Shown in pieces: positions 8,338 to 15,249 of a stretch of DNA of 64,000 nt; position 1 is the first letter of the stretch; the number at the start of each line of letters is the position of its first letter. The DNA lies in IMG/VR virus record IMGVR_UViG_3300037092_000074. One strand, 5' to 3'. The DNA is from an uncultured virus (IMG/VR IMGVR_UViG_3300037092_000074). Taxonomy: Duplodnaviria; Heunggongvirae; Uroviricota; Caudoviricetes. The translations under genes were made by a program, and so were the position numbers. A model generated the notes under the pieces. That model made no database searches, had not been told where the DNA came from, and was given only the letters and a program-made list of their open reading frames with translations.

Positions 8338-9099
8338 ATGAGATTGGTTTCTCAGGAAGATTTCGATCTAGCGAAAAGTCGAGAACCCGTCCATCTTTAC
8401 TGTGATTATTGTGACGTTGATTTTATGCGCCTCAAGCACCACGCAATGAAGAGTGCCAAGAGGGGAGAAGGTTTCTGCTACTGCTCCCGAAGATGTTTGT
8501 CCAACTCTCTAGAAACGGATATTCGTCCTTGTCTTAATTGTGGGGATGATACTAAAAGTAAGTTTTGTTCCCAACGGTGTGCTGCAATTTTTAATCTTAC
8601 TGGTAAGCGTCGGTCCCCTCTAAGAGTCTGCAAAAGGTGCGGAAGAGAAACTGATAATCGACTTTTTTGCAGCAAAGTCTGTCATCGTTTGTACGAGGAA
8701 GAAAAGTACATAGAGGCTTGGCTCCTCGGGGAAGAATCGGGATTGACACCCGCCGGGGCTTTGTGTCAACAAGTACGGGTTTACCTTTACAGGACTTATG
8801 GAAAGAAATGTTCTCGCTGTGGGTGGTGTGAAGTTAATCCAACCAGCGGACACATTCCGATCCAGGTTGAGCACATCGACGGAGACTTCAGAAACTGTAG
8901 ACCAGAGAATTTGACTATCCTCTGCCCAAATTGCCATTCTTTAACTTCCACATATATGGGGTTAAACAGAGGGCGAGGACGAGATGTTGGCGGAGTTCGA
9001 CGCAAGAAAGCCGGAATAGTTCAGTTGTCAGAACCTTCCCCCGGTACGGGAAAAGCGGGAGTTAAATCCTCCCTTCCGGCTCCAAAAGATTTTAGTTGA
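8338..9099 (+). CDS. HNH homing endonuclease with N-terminal Zn-ribbon repeats
   Basis: FCSxxC repeats; KCSRCGW..IQVEHIDGD..N.RPENLTILCPNCHS; AGGAG SD. Confidence 0.88.
   Translation: MRLVSQEDFDLAKSREPVHLYCDYCDVDFMRLKHHAMKSAKRGEGFCYCSRRCLSNSLETDIRPCLNCGDDTKSKFCSQRCAAIFNLTGKRRSPLRVCKRCGRETDNRLFCSKVCHRLYEEEKYIEAWLLGEESGLTPAGALCQQVRVYLYRTYGKKCSRCGWCEVNPTSGHIPIQVEHIDGDFRNCRPENLTILCPNCHSLTSTYMGLNRGRGRDVGGVRRKKAGIVQLSEPSPGTGKAGVKSSLPAPKDFS
9010..9084 (+). tRNA. tRNA-Thr(GGT)
   Basis: TTCCC-CCGGTAC-GGGAA, TCCA; lies inside the 3' end of the HNH ORF. Confidence 0.85.
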
Positions 9100-9125
9100 C
9101 AAGCTGAAGACGGTTGTGGTACAAT
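9096..9125 (+). promoter_or_regulatory. sigma70-like promoter
   Basis: TTGACA-N18-TACAAT with TG extension. Confidence 0.65.
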
Positions 9126-9142
9126 GTCTTTAGTTGAGATTT

Positions 9143-9217
9143 GCGCCTGAAGAATACCAGAAGATTCGCCCGGCCTGTACCCGGGAGAAGGCAGTTTGAA
9201 TCTGTCCGGGCGCTCCA
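9143..9217 (+). tRNA. tRNA-Thr(TGT)
   Basis: CCCGG-CCTGTAC-CCGGG, TCCA. Confidence 0.85.
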
Positions 9218-9424
9218 TACAGGCGACACCTGCCTGGTTCTACCAAACGAAGTGGCGCGACTTTTCAACGGGGCTTCAGAGTAAACCCTGTTTCCGATTC
9301 GTCCAGGTAATGGACAGCAAGTCCTACACCGAGTACCTCCTAGAAATAGGATGCAGTGAAAAGTTGATCGTGGGCATAGCCCTTTTGCTGGCCAGCCGGT
9401 TGACCTAAAGCTCGGAAAGTTTAT

Positions 9425-9500
9425 GGCGAGGTTGGCCGAGTGGCTTAGGCGCTGGACTGTGACCCCAGTAACAGGAGTTCGAACCTCCTACCCCGCCCCA
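9425..9500 (+). tRNA. tRNA-His(GTG)
   Basis: G-1/C73, loop CT-GTG-AC, CCCA. Confidence 0.9.
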
Positions 9501-9504
9501 AGCA

Positions 9505-9581
9505 GCCGAGAAACGCGGGTTCGACTCCCGCTGGAATATGCGGTGAGTTCCGCACCATCATCTAAAGGATAGGACCTCGGC
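9505..9581 (+). ncRNA. circularly permuted tRNA-like RNA (Y RNA/YrlA-like)
   Basis: Order: GCCGAG, T arm GCGGG-TTCGACT-CCCGC, closed acceptor hairpin, D arm ATCT-AAAGGAT-AGGA, CTCGGC. Confidence 0.7.
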
Positions 9582-9596
9582 GTAAGTTTGAAATGT

Positions 9597-9672
9597 GGGG
9601 GCGTGATGAAACACGCGATCATACTACGTCTGCACCGTAGTTTTGAGGGTTGCAATCCCTCCGTCTCCACCA
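9597..9672 (+). tRNA. tRNA-Ala(TGC)
   Basis: G3:U70, CTACG-TCTGCAC-CGTAG, ACCA. Confidence 0.9.
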
Positions 9673-9754
9673 AAGCTGAGAACCGCGAAACCTGCGGCAG
9701 CGTCGTAACGTTCGGCGAGTGGTTTGACAGGGGGTGAGAGTACCCCGACTTTTT

Positions 9755-9830
9755 GCGGATTGAGCAAGAGTGGTCTTTGCGGCGGTTTGAAAAGCCGTTC
9801 AGTCCAGTTCGATTCTGGGAATCCGCACCA
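9755..9830 (+). tRNA. tRNA-Phe(GAA)
   Basis: Loop TT-GAA-AA, ACCA. Confidence 0.9.
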
Positions 9831-9831
9831 T

Positions 9832-9908
9832 CGGGGTCTAGCCTAGCGGTTTCAGGCACCTGTTTCGGATACAGGACGAGCGGCGTTCGACTCGCCGGGT
9901 CCCGACCA
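9832..9908 (+). tRNA. tRNA-Pro(CGG)
   Basis: C1-G72, CCTGT-TTCGGAT-ACAGG. Confidence 0.9.
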
Positions 9909-9915
9909 AATTTAT

Positions 9916-9992
9916 CGGGGGGTGGGCAAAAGGTTAGCCTCTCGCTCTGGAAGCGAGCTATCAAGTGAGTTCGATTCTCACCCTCCCGACCA
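9916..9992 (+). tRNA. tRNA-Pro(TGG)
   Basis: C1-G72, CTCGC-TCTGGAA-GCGAG. Confidence 0.9.
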
Positions 9993-10007
9993 TGTTAGGA
10001 AGACACA

Positions 10008-10874
10008 ATGCCGAAGAAGATTGAACTTGAGTGCTGCGTTTGTAAGAGCAAATTTCTCAAGCAACTGAAGCATTATGTGTTTGCAACAAAAGCAGGACAG
10101 ACCGAGTTCTATTGTAGTGCGGCTTGTACTAGCGAACGAAGAAAGAAGATTCCCGATAGTCCTTGTGAGTGGTGCGGGGTACTTTGTTCATACGACCAAA
10201 AATTTTGTGATTCTCGGTGCTACGGAAACAGTAAGATAGGGGTTCCTGGGGAGAAGAGAAGCGAGGAGTCGAAAGACAAACTCAGTCTGTCTTTACGATC
10301 CAAGACCAATAATCTTCCTCGACCTTGCGAAAACTGCGGGTCCGTTATTGAGAGACCCAAGCGAAAGCAAAGGTATTGTTCAATTGCTTGTTCTGGTATC
10401 GTGAAATGGCAGGACCCAGAGTTCGTAAAGAAAATTCTTGCTTCCTCGGTAGGGAAGCACCCCGGATGGCAAACTCGTCCGAAAGGTAAAGAGTCTTTCG
10501 CCGAGAGGTTCTGGAGAGAGCGTCTGGGGAGCCAAACGGACCAAGAGTACGTTCAAGAATTCAAGGTCAGAAAGAAGGAACTTGGCTCAGACAAGAAGGG
10601 CAACTACTTCTTAGATTTCTACTTTCCTTCTTTGTTGTTGGATTTGGAAGTAGATGGCCGCCAACACGACGACAGAAAAGATTCGGACCAAGAAAGAGAT
10701 CGACTACTTACCGGGGTTGGAATACGAGTCGTTCGTTATCGGTGGCCTCTCGGAAAAGACAGATTCATCAAAACTAATGAACAAGTGCAACATTTTGTGG
10801 AACTTCTGAAAGTTTTTGTACCCGTAGTTCAGCGCATAGAACGCTTCCCTGCGAAGGAAGAGGTCGTCGGTTGA
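10008..10874 (+). CDS. DUF559/Vsr-like (EDxHD-type) homing endonuclease with Zn-ribbon repeats
   Basis: YFLDFY...DLEVDGRQHD...DQERDRLL..G.RVVRY; YCSxxC repeats. Confidence 0.85.
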   Translation: MPKKIELECCVCKSKFLKQLKHYVFATKAGQTEFYCSAACTSERRKKIPDSPCEWCGVLCSYDQKFCDSRCYGNSKIGVPGEKRSEESKDKLSLSLRSKTNNLPRPCENCGSVIERPKRKQRYCSIACSGIVKWQDPEFVKKILASSVGKHPGWQTRPKGKESFAERFWRERLGSQTDQEYVQEFKVRKKELGSDKKGNYFLDFYFPSLLLDLEVDGRQHDDRKDSDQERDRLLTGVGIRVVRYRWPLGKDRFIKTNEQVQHFVELLKVFVPVVQRIERFPAKEEVVG

Positions 10875-10893
10875 AGTCCGACCGGGCACACCA
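10818..10893 (+). tRNA. tRNA-Arg(GCG)
   Basis: CTTCC-CTGCGAA-GGAAG, A20, ACCA; overlaps the endonuclease stop codon. Confidence 0.88.
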
Positions 10894-10899
10894 TTTCAC

Positions 10900-10974
10900 G
10901 GCCCCGTCGTCCAAAGAACAGGGCACTAGTCTTCGAAACTAGTTATTGCGGTTTGAGTCCGCACGGGGCTACCA
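10900..10974 (+). tRNA. tRNA-Arg(TCG)
   Basis: CTAGT-CTTCGAA-ACTAG, ACCA. Confidence 0.9.
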
Positions 10975-10980
10975 TTTTAC

Positions 10981-11050
10981 AGGGAATGATCCGAGATCAC
11001 ATCGGTCTCCAAAACCTTTTAGCGGGGTTAGACTCCCCGATTCCCTGCCA
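10981..11050 (+). tRNA. tRNA-Trp(CCA), reduced D arm
   Basis: AGGGAAT/ATTCCCT acceptor, G73, loop CT-CCA-AA. Confidence 0.75.
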
Positions 11051-11055
11051 GTTTC

Positions 11056-11128
11056 GCCGCGCACCAGAGTTTGGACAACGCCCTCATAAAGCGTTTGGCG
11101 TAGGGTTAAAGTCCCTCACGCGGCACCA
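11056..11128 (+). tRNA. tRNA(CAT) (Met or Ile2), reduced D arm
   Basis: Loop CT-CAT-AA, GCCGCG/CGCGGC acceptor, ACCA. Confidence 0.75.
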
Positions 11129-11134
11129 AGTTTT

Positions 11135-11229
11135 GCCGGAATCCTCGGGTGAGGCGTTGGGATTTATAACCCCGGCAGTTGCCAGTAGATTGCTGGTGCG
11201 CGAGGGCTCAGGCCCCTCTTCCGGTTCCA
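11135..11229 (+). tRNA. tRNA with TAT (Ile/AUA) anticodon and long variable arm
   Basis: GCCGGAA/TTCCGGT acceptor, loop TT-TAT-AA, GCCAGTA/TGCTGGT variable stem, TCCA. Confidence 0.75.
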
Positions 11230-11230
11230 C

Positions 11231-11307
11231 GGGTTGCAAGCTTTGATGGTTTGAAGCAGTCGGCTCTTACCCGACAGAGCAGGATTCGAGTTCCTGGCGA
11301 CCCACCA
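11231..11307 (+). tRNA. tRNA-Lys(CTT)
   Basis: GTCGG-CTCTTAC-CCGAC, ACCA. Confidence 0.9.
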
Positions 11308-11312
11308 GTTTA

Positions 11313-11387
11313 GGGGTGTAAGCTTTAATGCTGAAGCAACCGGCCTTTAACCGGAAGAACGGGGATGGTTACCCCGACGCCCCACCA
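11313..11387 (+). tRNA. tRNA-Lys(TTT)
   Basis: CCGG-CCTTTAA-CCGG, ACCA. Confidence 0.85.
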
Positions 11388-11388
11388 A

Positions 11389-11463
11389 GAGCGCATCGTC
11401 TAATGCAGAAGGCACTGGTCCTCTAAACCAAGAATCGGAGTTGAATTCTCCGTGCGCTCTCCA
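11389..11463 (+). tRNA. tRNA-Arg(TCT)
   Basis: TGGT-CCTCTAA-ACCA, GAGCGCA/TGCGCTC acceptor. Confidence 0.82.
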
Positions 11464-11471
11464 TAAGTTTT

Positions 11472-11546
11472 GGTCCCGTAGCTCAAAGGACAGAGCAATG
11501 CTCCCCTAAAGCAAAGATTCCGGATCGTGTCCGGACGGGACTCCCA
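11472..11546 (+). tRNA. tRNA-Arg(CCT)
   Basis: TGCT-CCCCTAA-AGCA, A20. Confidence 0.82.
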
Positions 11547-11655
11547 AGTTGCGAGAATCTGAAATCCGGGCGAACGGGATATTGACTTAGGTCGAAAGAC
11601 CTCTTCAGCCTGTCAGTAGAGATTTTCCGGTAGAAATCCGGCTCGCACAAAGTTT

Positions 11656-11730
11656 GCGCGTATAGTTCAAAGGACAGAACTCGACCCTCCGAAGGTCAGG
11701 ATGTCGGCTCGATTCCGGCTACGCGCCCCA
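11656..11730 (+). tRNA. tRNA-Arg(CCG)
   Basis: GACC-CTCCGAA-GGTC, A20. Confidence 0.88.
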
Positions 11731-11817
11731 TGTTACCTCGGGTACTTTGATGCCCAGCAGACGGTCGTAATCCCGAGGACGCTTCTTGAGAGCCGTGATC
11801 TTGAAGCTTAAAGTTTT

Positions 11818-11891
11818 GCCTGGTTAGGTTAACGATAGACTGCTACCTTTACACGATAGCGACGGGGGTTTGACTCCCTCACCGGGCACCA
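11818..11891 (+). tRNA. tRNA-Val(TAC)
   Basis: Loop TT-TAC-AC, ACCA. Confidence 0.85.
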
Positions 11892-11896
11892 TTTAT

Positions 11897-11970
11897 GGGC
11901 GACTCTTCCAATAGCAGGAAATTCCTCCGATTAAGGAATAATCACGGCGCGAATCCGTGGTCGCCTACCA
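11897..11970 (+). tRNA. tRNA-Ile(GAT)
   Basis: TTCCT-CCGATTA-AGGAA, ACCA. Confidence 0.85.
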
Positions 11971-11975
11971 AGTTT

Positions 11976-12049
11976 GCGGGCATCATCCAATGCTAGGATG
12001 CAATCCTTCCAAGTTTGTCATGTCGGTTGAAATCCGACTGTCCGCTCCA
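11976..12049 (+). tRNA. tRNA-Gly(TCC)
   Basis: GCGGGCA/TGTCCGC acceptor, U73, loop CT-TCC-AA. Confidence 0.9.
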
Positions 12050-12123
12050 TATTTAAGTTTTAGTCCGGGTAATGGACTAATCGCCGATCCGAGCCAGAGC
12101 GCCGGAATCTCAGAGAGCCAAAA

Positions 12124-12372
12124 ATGACAGATGAATCCAAAATTGTTGCCGAACTGCGCATAAAAAGCTGCGTGGTTAGTCAGTTTCCCAAGCCTCCGAA
12201 AAAAGCTCCTCCTTACTGGAATGAGAAAACAGAAGAGGTTTGGGAGATCAAAGCCGAAGGGATTTGGAAATCAGAAATTCCGTATCCTATTTCCCTCCAC
12301 TTTACCACTCCTCCCGGACATCCCGTTCTTCCTTCCATCGGAAAACTCAAGATCACAATCGAGGCTCTTTAG
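12124..12372 (+). CDS. hypothetical protein
   Basis: 82-aa ORF with GAGAG SD. Confidence 0.55.
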   Translation: MTDESKIVAELRIKSCVVSQFPKPPKKAPPYWNEKTEEVWEIKAEGIWKSEIPYPISLHFTTPPGHPVLPSIGKLKITIEAL

Positions 12373-12391
12373 CCTCCAAAGGACAAACATC

Positions 12392-13024
12392 ATGGCTCGT
12401 CAAGACACAGTTGCAGGCTACCCCAATTTTAACTACTCGCAGGTGATTGCAGTAACTACTGAAGTCCCCCTGCTTGCCCCTACCGCCGCTGGAGTATCTC
12501 CGTACTTCCCCTCCCCCGAATTTCCTCTTTCGACTTCGACCTATCCGTCCGGCGTATATGTTGGTGTTTCGGCTGACATCGCTGGCGGCGCTTTCGACGG
12601 TCACTTGTTTGAGGTTGTTCTGGCCTTCACGGCGTCAAGCACGGCCACAACCAACTTGTTAGTCGATCTATACAACGCCAAAGCCTCAACGTTTGCGGGA
12701 GGCCCTGCGGCCTCGGGATACACCTTGGGTACTCTCAGCACGGGATGTACCAAGGTTGTTACGGGTACGGCGACCGCAAACCTGACTTCGAGCGTTACTG
12801 TCAACTACGTGATGAAGGCTCAGTTCCTGTGGGATAGCCTCACCAAGATTCTGTCTTGGGCCGGAACTTCTCAGTATCAGAACGGTGTGTTGATTTCCAA
12901 CGCGGCAAATGCCAACGCCACTTCCGTTGCCATTACCGATTTGAATTTCATTCCGTCTTTCACTCTTGCTTCGGCGGCCACCACGACAATCAACTTCAAG
13001 GAATTTGTCATTAACCGGGTATAA
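12392..13024 (+). CDS. putative virion (decoration/structural) protein, paralog of 28273 and 29021
   Basis: ATG after AAAGGA; T/A/S-rich beta-type sequence; shares the LY...W D....L....F...T......EF pattern with the paralogs. Confidence 0.65.
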   Translation: MARQDTVAGYPNFNYSQVIAVTTEVPLLAPTAAGVSPYFPSPEFPLSTSTYPSGVYVGVSADIAGGAFDGHLFEVVLAFTASSTATTNLLVDLYNAKASTFAGGPAASGYTLGTLSTGCTKVVTGTATANLTSSVTVNYVMKAQFLWDSLTKILSWAGTSQYQNGVLISNAANANATSVAITDLNFIPSFTLASAATTTINFKEFVINRV

Positions 13025-13070
13025 AATCAACAACTTATGGGGGCCGCAAGGCCCCTACAAGGAGATCAAT

Positions 13071-13289
13071 ATGGAAGCCATACTTTGGATACTTGCTGTG
13101 GTTTTCGTCTTGACGGTGATTTTCGCTGCTGATCGGCAGTTGTGGATCAAGGAAATCGAAAAGGACCTGAAAGAGTTCTTGGGCGATTCAATGGTTGCCC
13201 GAGACGCCGCAGAAAAATCAATAAAGGTTCACTACCAGGCGCAGGTTGCTGCTCTCAGAACCTTAATCAAAAAGCATTTCAAGCTATAG
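13071..13289 (+). CDS. membrane-anchored small protein
   Basis: AAGGAG SD, N-terminal TM helix. Confidence 0.6.
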   Translation: MEAILWILAVVFVLTVIFAADRQLWIKEIEKDLKEFLGDSMVARDAAEKSIKVHYQAQVAALRTLIKKHFKL

Positions 13290-13298
13290 GAGCCCAAC

Positions 13299-13646
13299 GT
13301 GGCGAATTCTCTTGTTTCACAACCCATGATTTTGGCTGGAGACATCACAACTTGGCGCAACGCCGCGACGGTTGTGTCTGCTGGTTATACCACGGGAATC
13401 CGCGTCCAAAAACTTCTACTCATTGTCGGAGCCAGCGCGGCCAGTTTGGGAACGGTAGCGATTACCGCACCCTCTGATAGTGCCCCGCTATATCCCATAC
13501 TGTCCGTTGCGGCTTCAACAGCCGCCAATACGGAACTATTTCTCGACAGCCCAACTGATACAACAGGTGCTTTGACTTGGCGAGATTTTGCGGTGACGGG
13601 TTTGACGGCAACAGGAACAAAACTCTGGATTTGGTGGACAGTCTAA
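13299..13646 (+). CDS. putative virion protein
   Basis: GTG start after AGGAG; T/A-rich. Confidence 0.6.
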   Translation: MANSLVSQPMILAGDITTWRNAATVVSAGYTTGIRVQKLLLIVGASAASLGTVAITAPSDSAPLYPILSVAASTAANTELFLDSPTDTTGALTWRDFAVTGLTATGTKLWIWWTV

Positions 13647-14696
13647 ATGAAGAAACTCCTTTCCCTTGCCGTTCTCGGATTGTCCATTATCTGGACAGCT
13701 TCCGCTCAATTGCCGGTGAACAATCAAGTTATCTATGTTCCATCCGCCCCCTCGGGAGCTTGTCCTGCTTCTCCCCCTATTGAAGTTGTAATCTCTACGG
13801 GTGTTATTTACTCCTGTGATAATGGAACTTGGAGCGTATCCCCGGCTGGGACGATAGCGAATAATACGACCGGCACAGCAGCGGGGCTGACGGCGGGCTC
13901 ACAACTAACTTTGTCGGCTCCGAGCATGGCCATTGCCAACCTTGCGACCGGCCCCGCAATCACGCAGGGCGGCACTCCTGGCACTGCGAGCTACGTCTAT
14001 GGGGTAGTAGCGCGAAATACGGCGGGGACGATCTACACGGCACTCTCCCCTTTAGCTCTGACCACGACAGGACCAGCCACGGTCAATGGCACGAACTATA
14101 ACATCGTCACTTTTCCAACGCTGCCAACAAACGCAAACTGCTTTGATGTATATGTGATGGTGCGGCTTGGGACCGTGTACTCTCAGGGATTACTTGCGTC
14201 CTGCCAGACGACCAGTTACAACGATGTTGGCGGAGCGGCCAGCGGGGTTCCGCCCTTCTATGCAAGCTGGGTTCCACAGACTACGGGGCTTCCGGCGGGG
14301 TGTCTTCAATATCCCTGCACAGTGGCAGCGGGGCTTATTAGCGGGTTGACCGTGATCACAGGAGCAAATGGAGGCTACGTACCGCTTTATGCGACTCCGA
14401 GCGGGCTGACTGGCCAATATGAGATGTGTGGCGATGCGACCATGACGACCGCAGGAACCGGAACGCTCAACCCTGACGGCTATGCGTATTGGCTCGGCCA
14501 TTGGCACACGGCCTCAATGGGAGCGGCAACGACTGCGACCGGAACGTATGATATTGGCATGGATGGGTCCAGTGGAGCCTCTAACTGCAAACAAATCAGC
14601 GCAGATGCCAGTACGCTAATTTCCGCGTACACATCAGGCACTCTTGCTGGTGGGGGCGTTTACACTTGGCAGTTCTCTTTGATTCGGCTGAAATAG
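13647..14696 (+). CDS. signal-peptide-bearing fibre-like/FN3-like protein
   Basis: MKKLLSLAVLGLSIIWTASA-Q signal peptide; T/G/A-rich. Confidence 0.65.
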   Translation: MKKLLSLAVLGLSIIWTASAQLPVNNQVIYVPSAPSGACPASPPIEVVISTGVIYSCDNGTWSVSPAGTIANNTTGTAAGLTAGSQLTLSAPSMAIANLATGPAITQGGTPGTASYVYGVVARNTAGTIYTALSPLALTTTGPATVNGTNYNIVTFPTLPTNANCFDVYVMVRLGTVYSQGLLASCQTTSYNDVGGAASGVPPFYASWVPQTTGLPAGCLQYPCTVAAGLISGLTVITGANGGYVPLYATPSGLTGQYEMCGDATMTTAGTGTLNPDGYAYWLGHWHTASMGAATTATGTYDIGMDGSSGASNCKQISADASTLISAYTSGTLAGGGVYTWQFSLIRLK

Positions 14697-14750
14697 GCTT
14701 GTGGGGTCAGTAATAGGACACGGCAATAAAATTTAACCAAAGGAGAAAAC

Positions 14751-14861
14751 ATGACCACGAAGAAACCGGAAAAGAAGTCTGGCGAAACCAAGATCAAGAT
14801 CAAAGTTAAAGCCAGCACTCCAGAAGCAGCAAAGAACGCCTTGAAAAAGGCCATCAAGTAG
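14751..14861 (+). CDS. 36-aa Lys-rich protein (not in ORF track)
   Basis: AAGGAG SD; MTTKKPEKKSGETKIKIKVKASTPEAAKNALKKAIK; stop overlaps a motif variant. Confidence 0.6.
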   Translation: MTTKKPEKKSGETKIKIKVKASTPEAAKNALKKAIK

Positions 14862-14892
14862 TCCATTAACTTGGACAGAATCGAGATTTAAC

Positions 14893-15249
14893 ATGGCCGA
14901 GGAAAAGGCATCCAGGGCGAAAAGCTCGATGAGTGGGGGCGGCAAGAAAAAGTCCTCCTCTCATTCAAAGAGCAAGAGTCACCCGCATGAAATTCGTATC
15001 CGCAAAGGAAAGAGCGGCGGGCACATTGTTACCCACCACGAACTCCCCGACGAGAGCGGAGTCGCTACCGACCCCGAAGAGCACGTGATGCCGGACCAGG
15101 CGTCCCTCCTTCAGCACATAGCGGCCAATACGGACGATCAGGCGGCCCCCCAAGCGGCACCTCCCGACCCGTCTCAGCAAGCTGGCCCCGCAGTAGCAGC
15201 AGCCGGTCCGGGCCCTGGTGGTCCTCCACAGCCGCAGCAAGGAATGTAA
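14893..15249 (+). CDS. hypothetical protein
   Basis: 118-aa ORF, basic N-terminus, P/Q-rich tail. Confidence 0.65.
   Translation: MAEEKASRAKSSMSGGGKKKSSSHSKSKSHPHEIRIRKGKSGGHIVTHHELPDESGVATDPEEHVMPDQASLLQHIAANTDDQAAPQAAPPDPSQQAGPAVAAAGPGPGGPPQPQQGM

Noticed and set aside
5974..11246. Short ORFs in the track overlapping the tRNA array
   Set aside because: They are incidental translations of tRNA genes with no SD or protein-like features; only 8338 and 10008 were kept.
11389..11463. Amber suppressor tRNA (CTA)
   Set aside because: Stem register gives the loop CC-TCT-AA, i.e. Arg(TCT); genes also end normally at TAG, so there is no sign of recoding.
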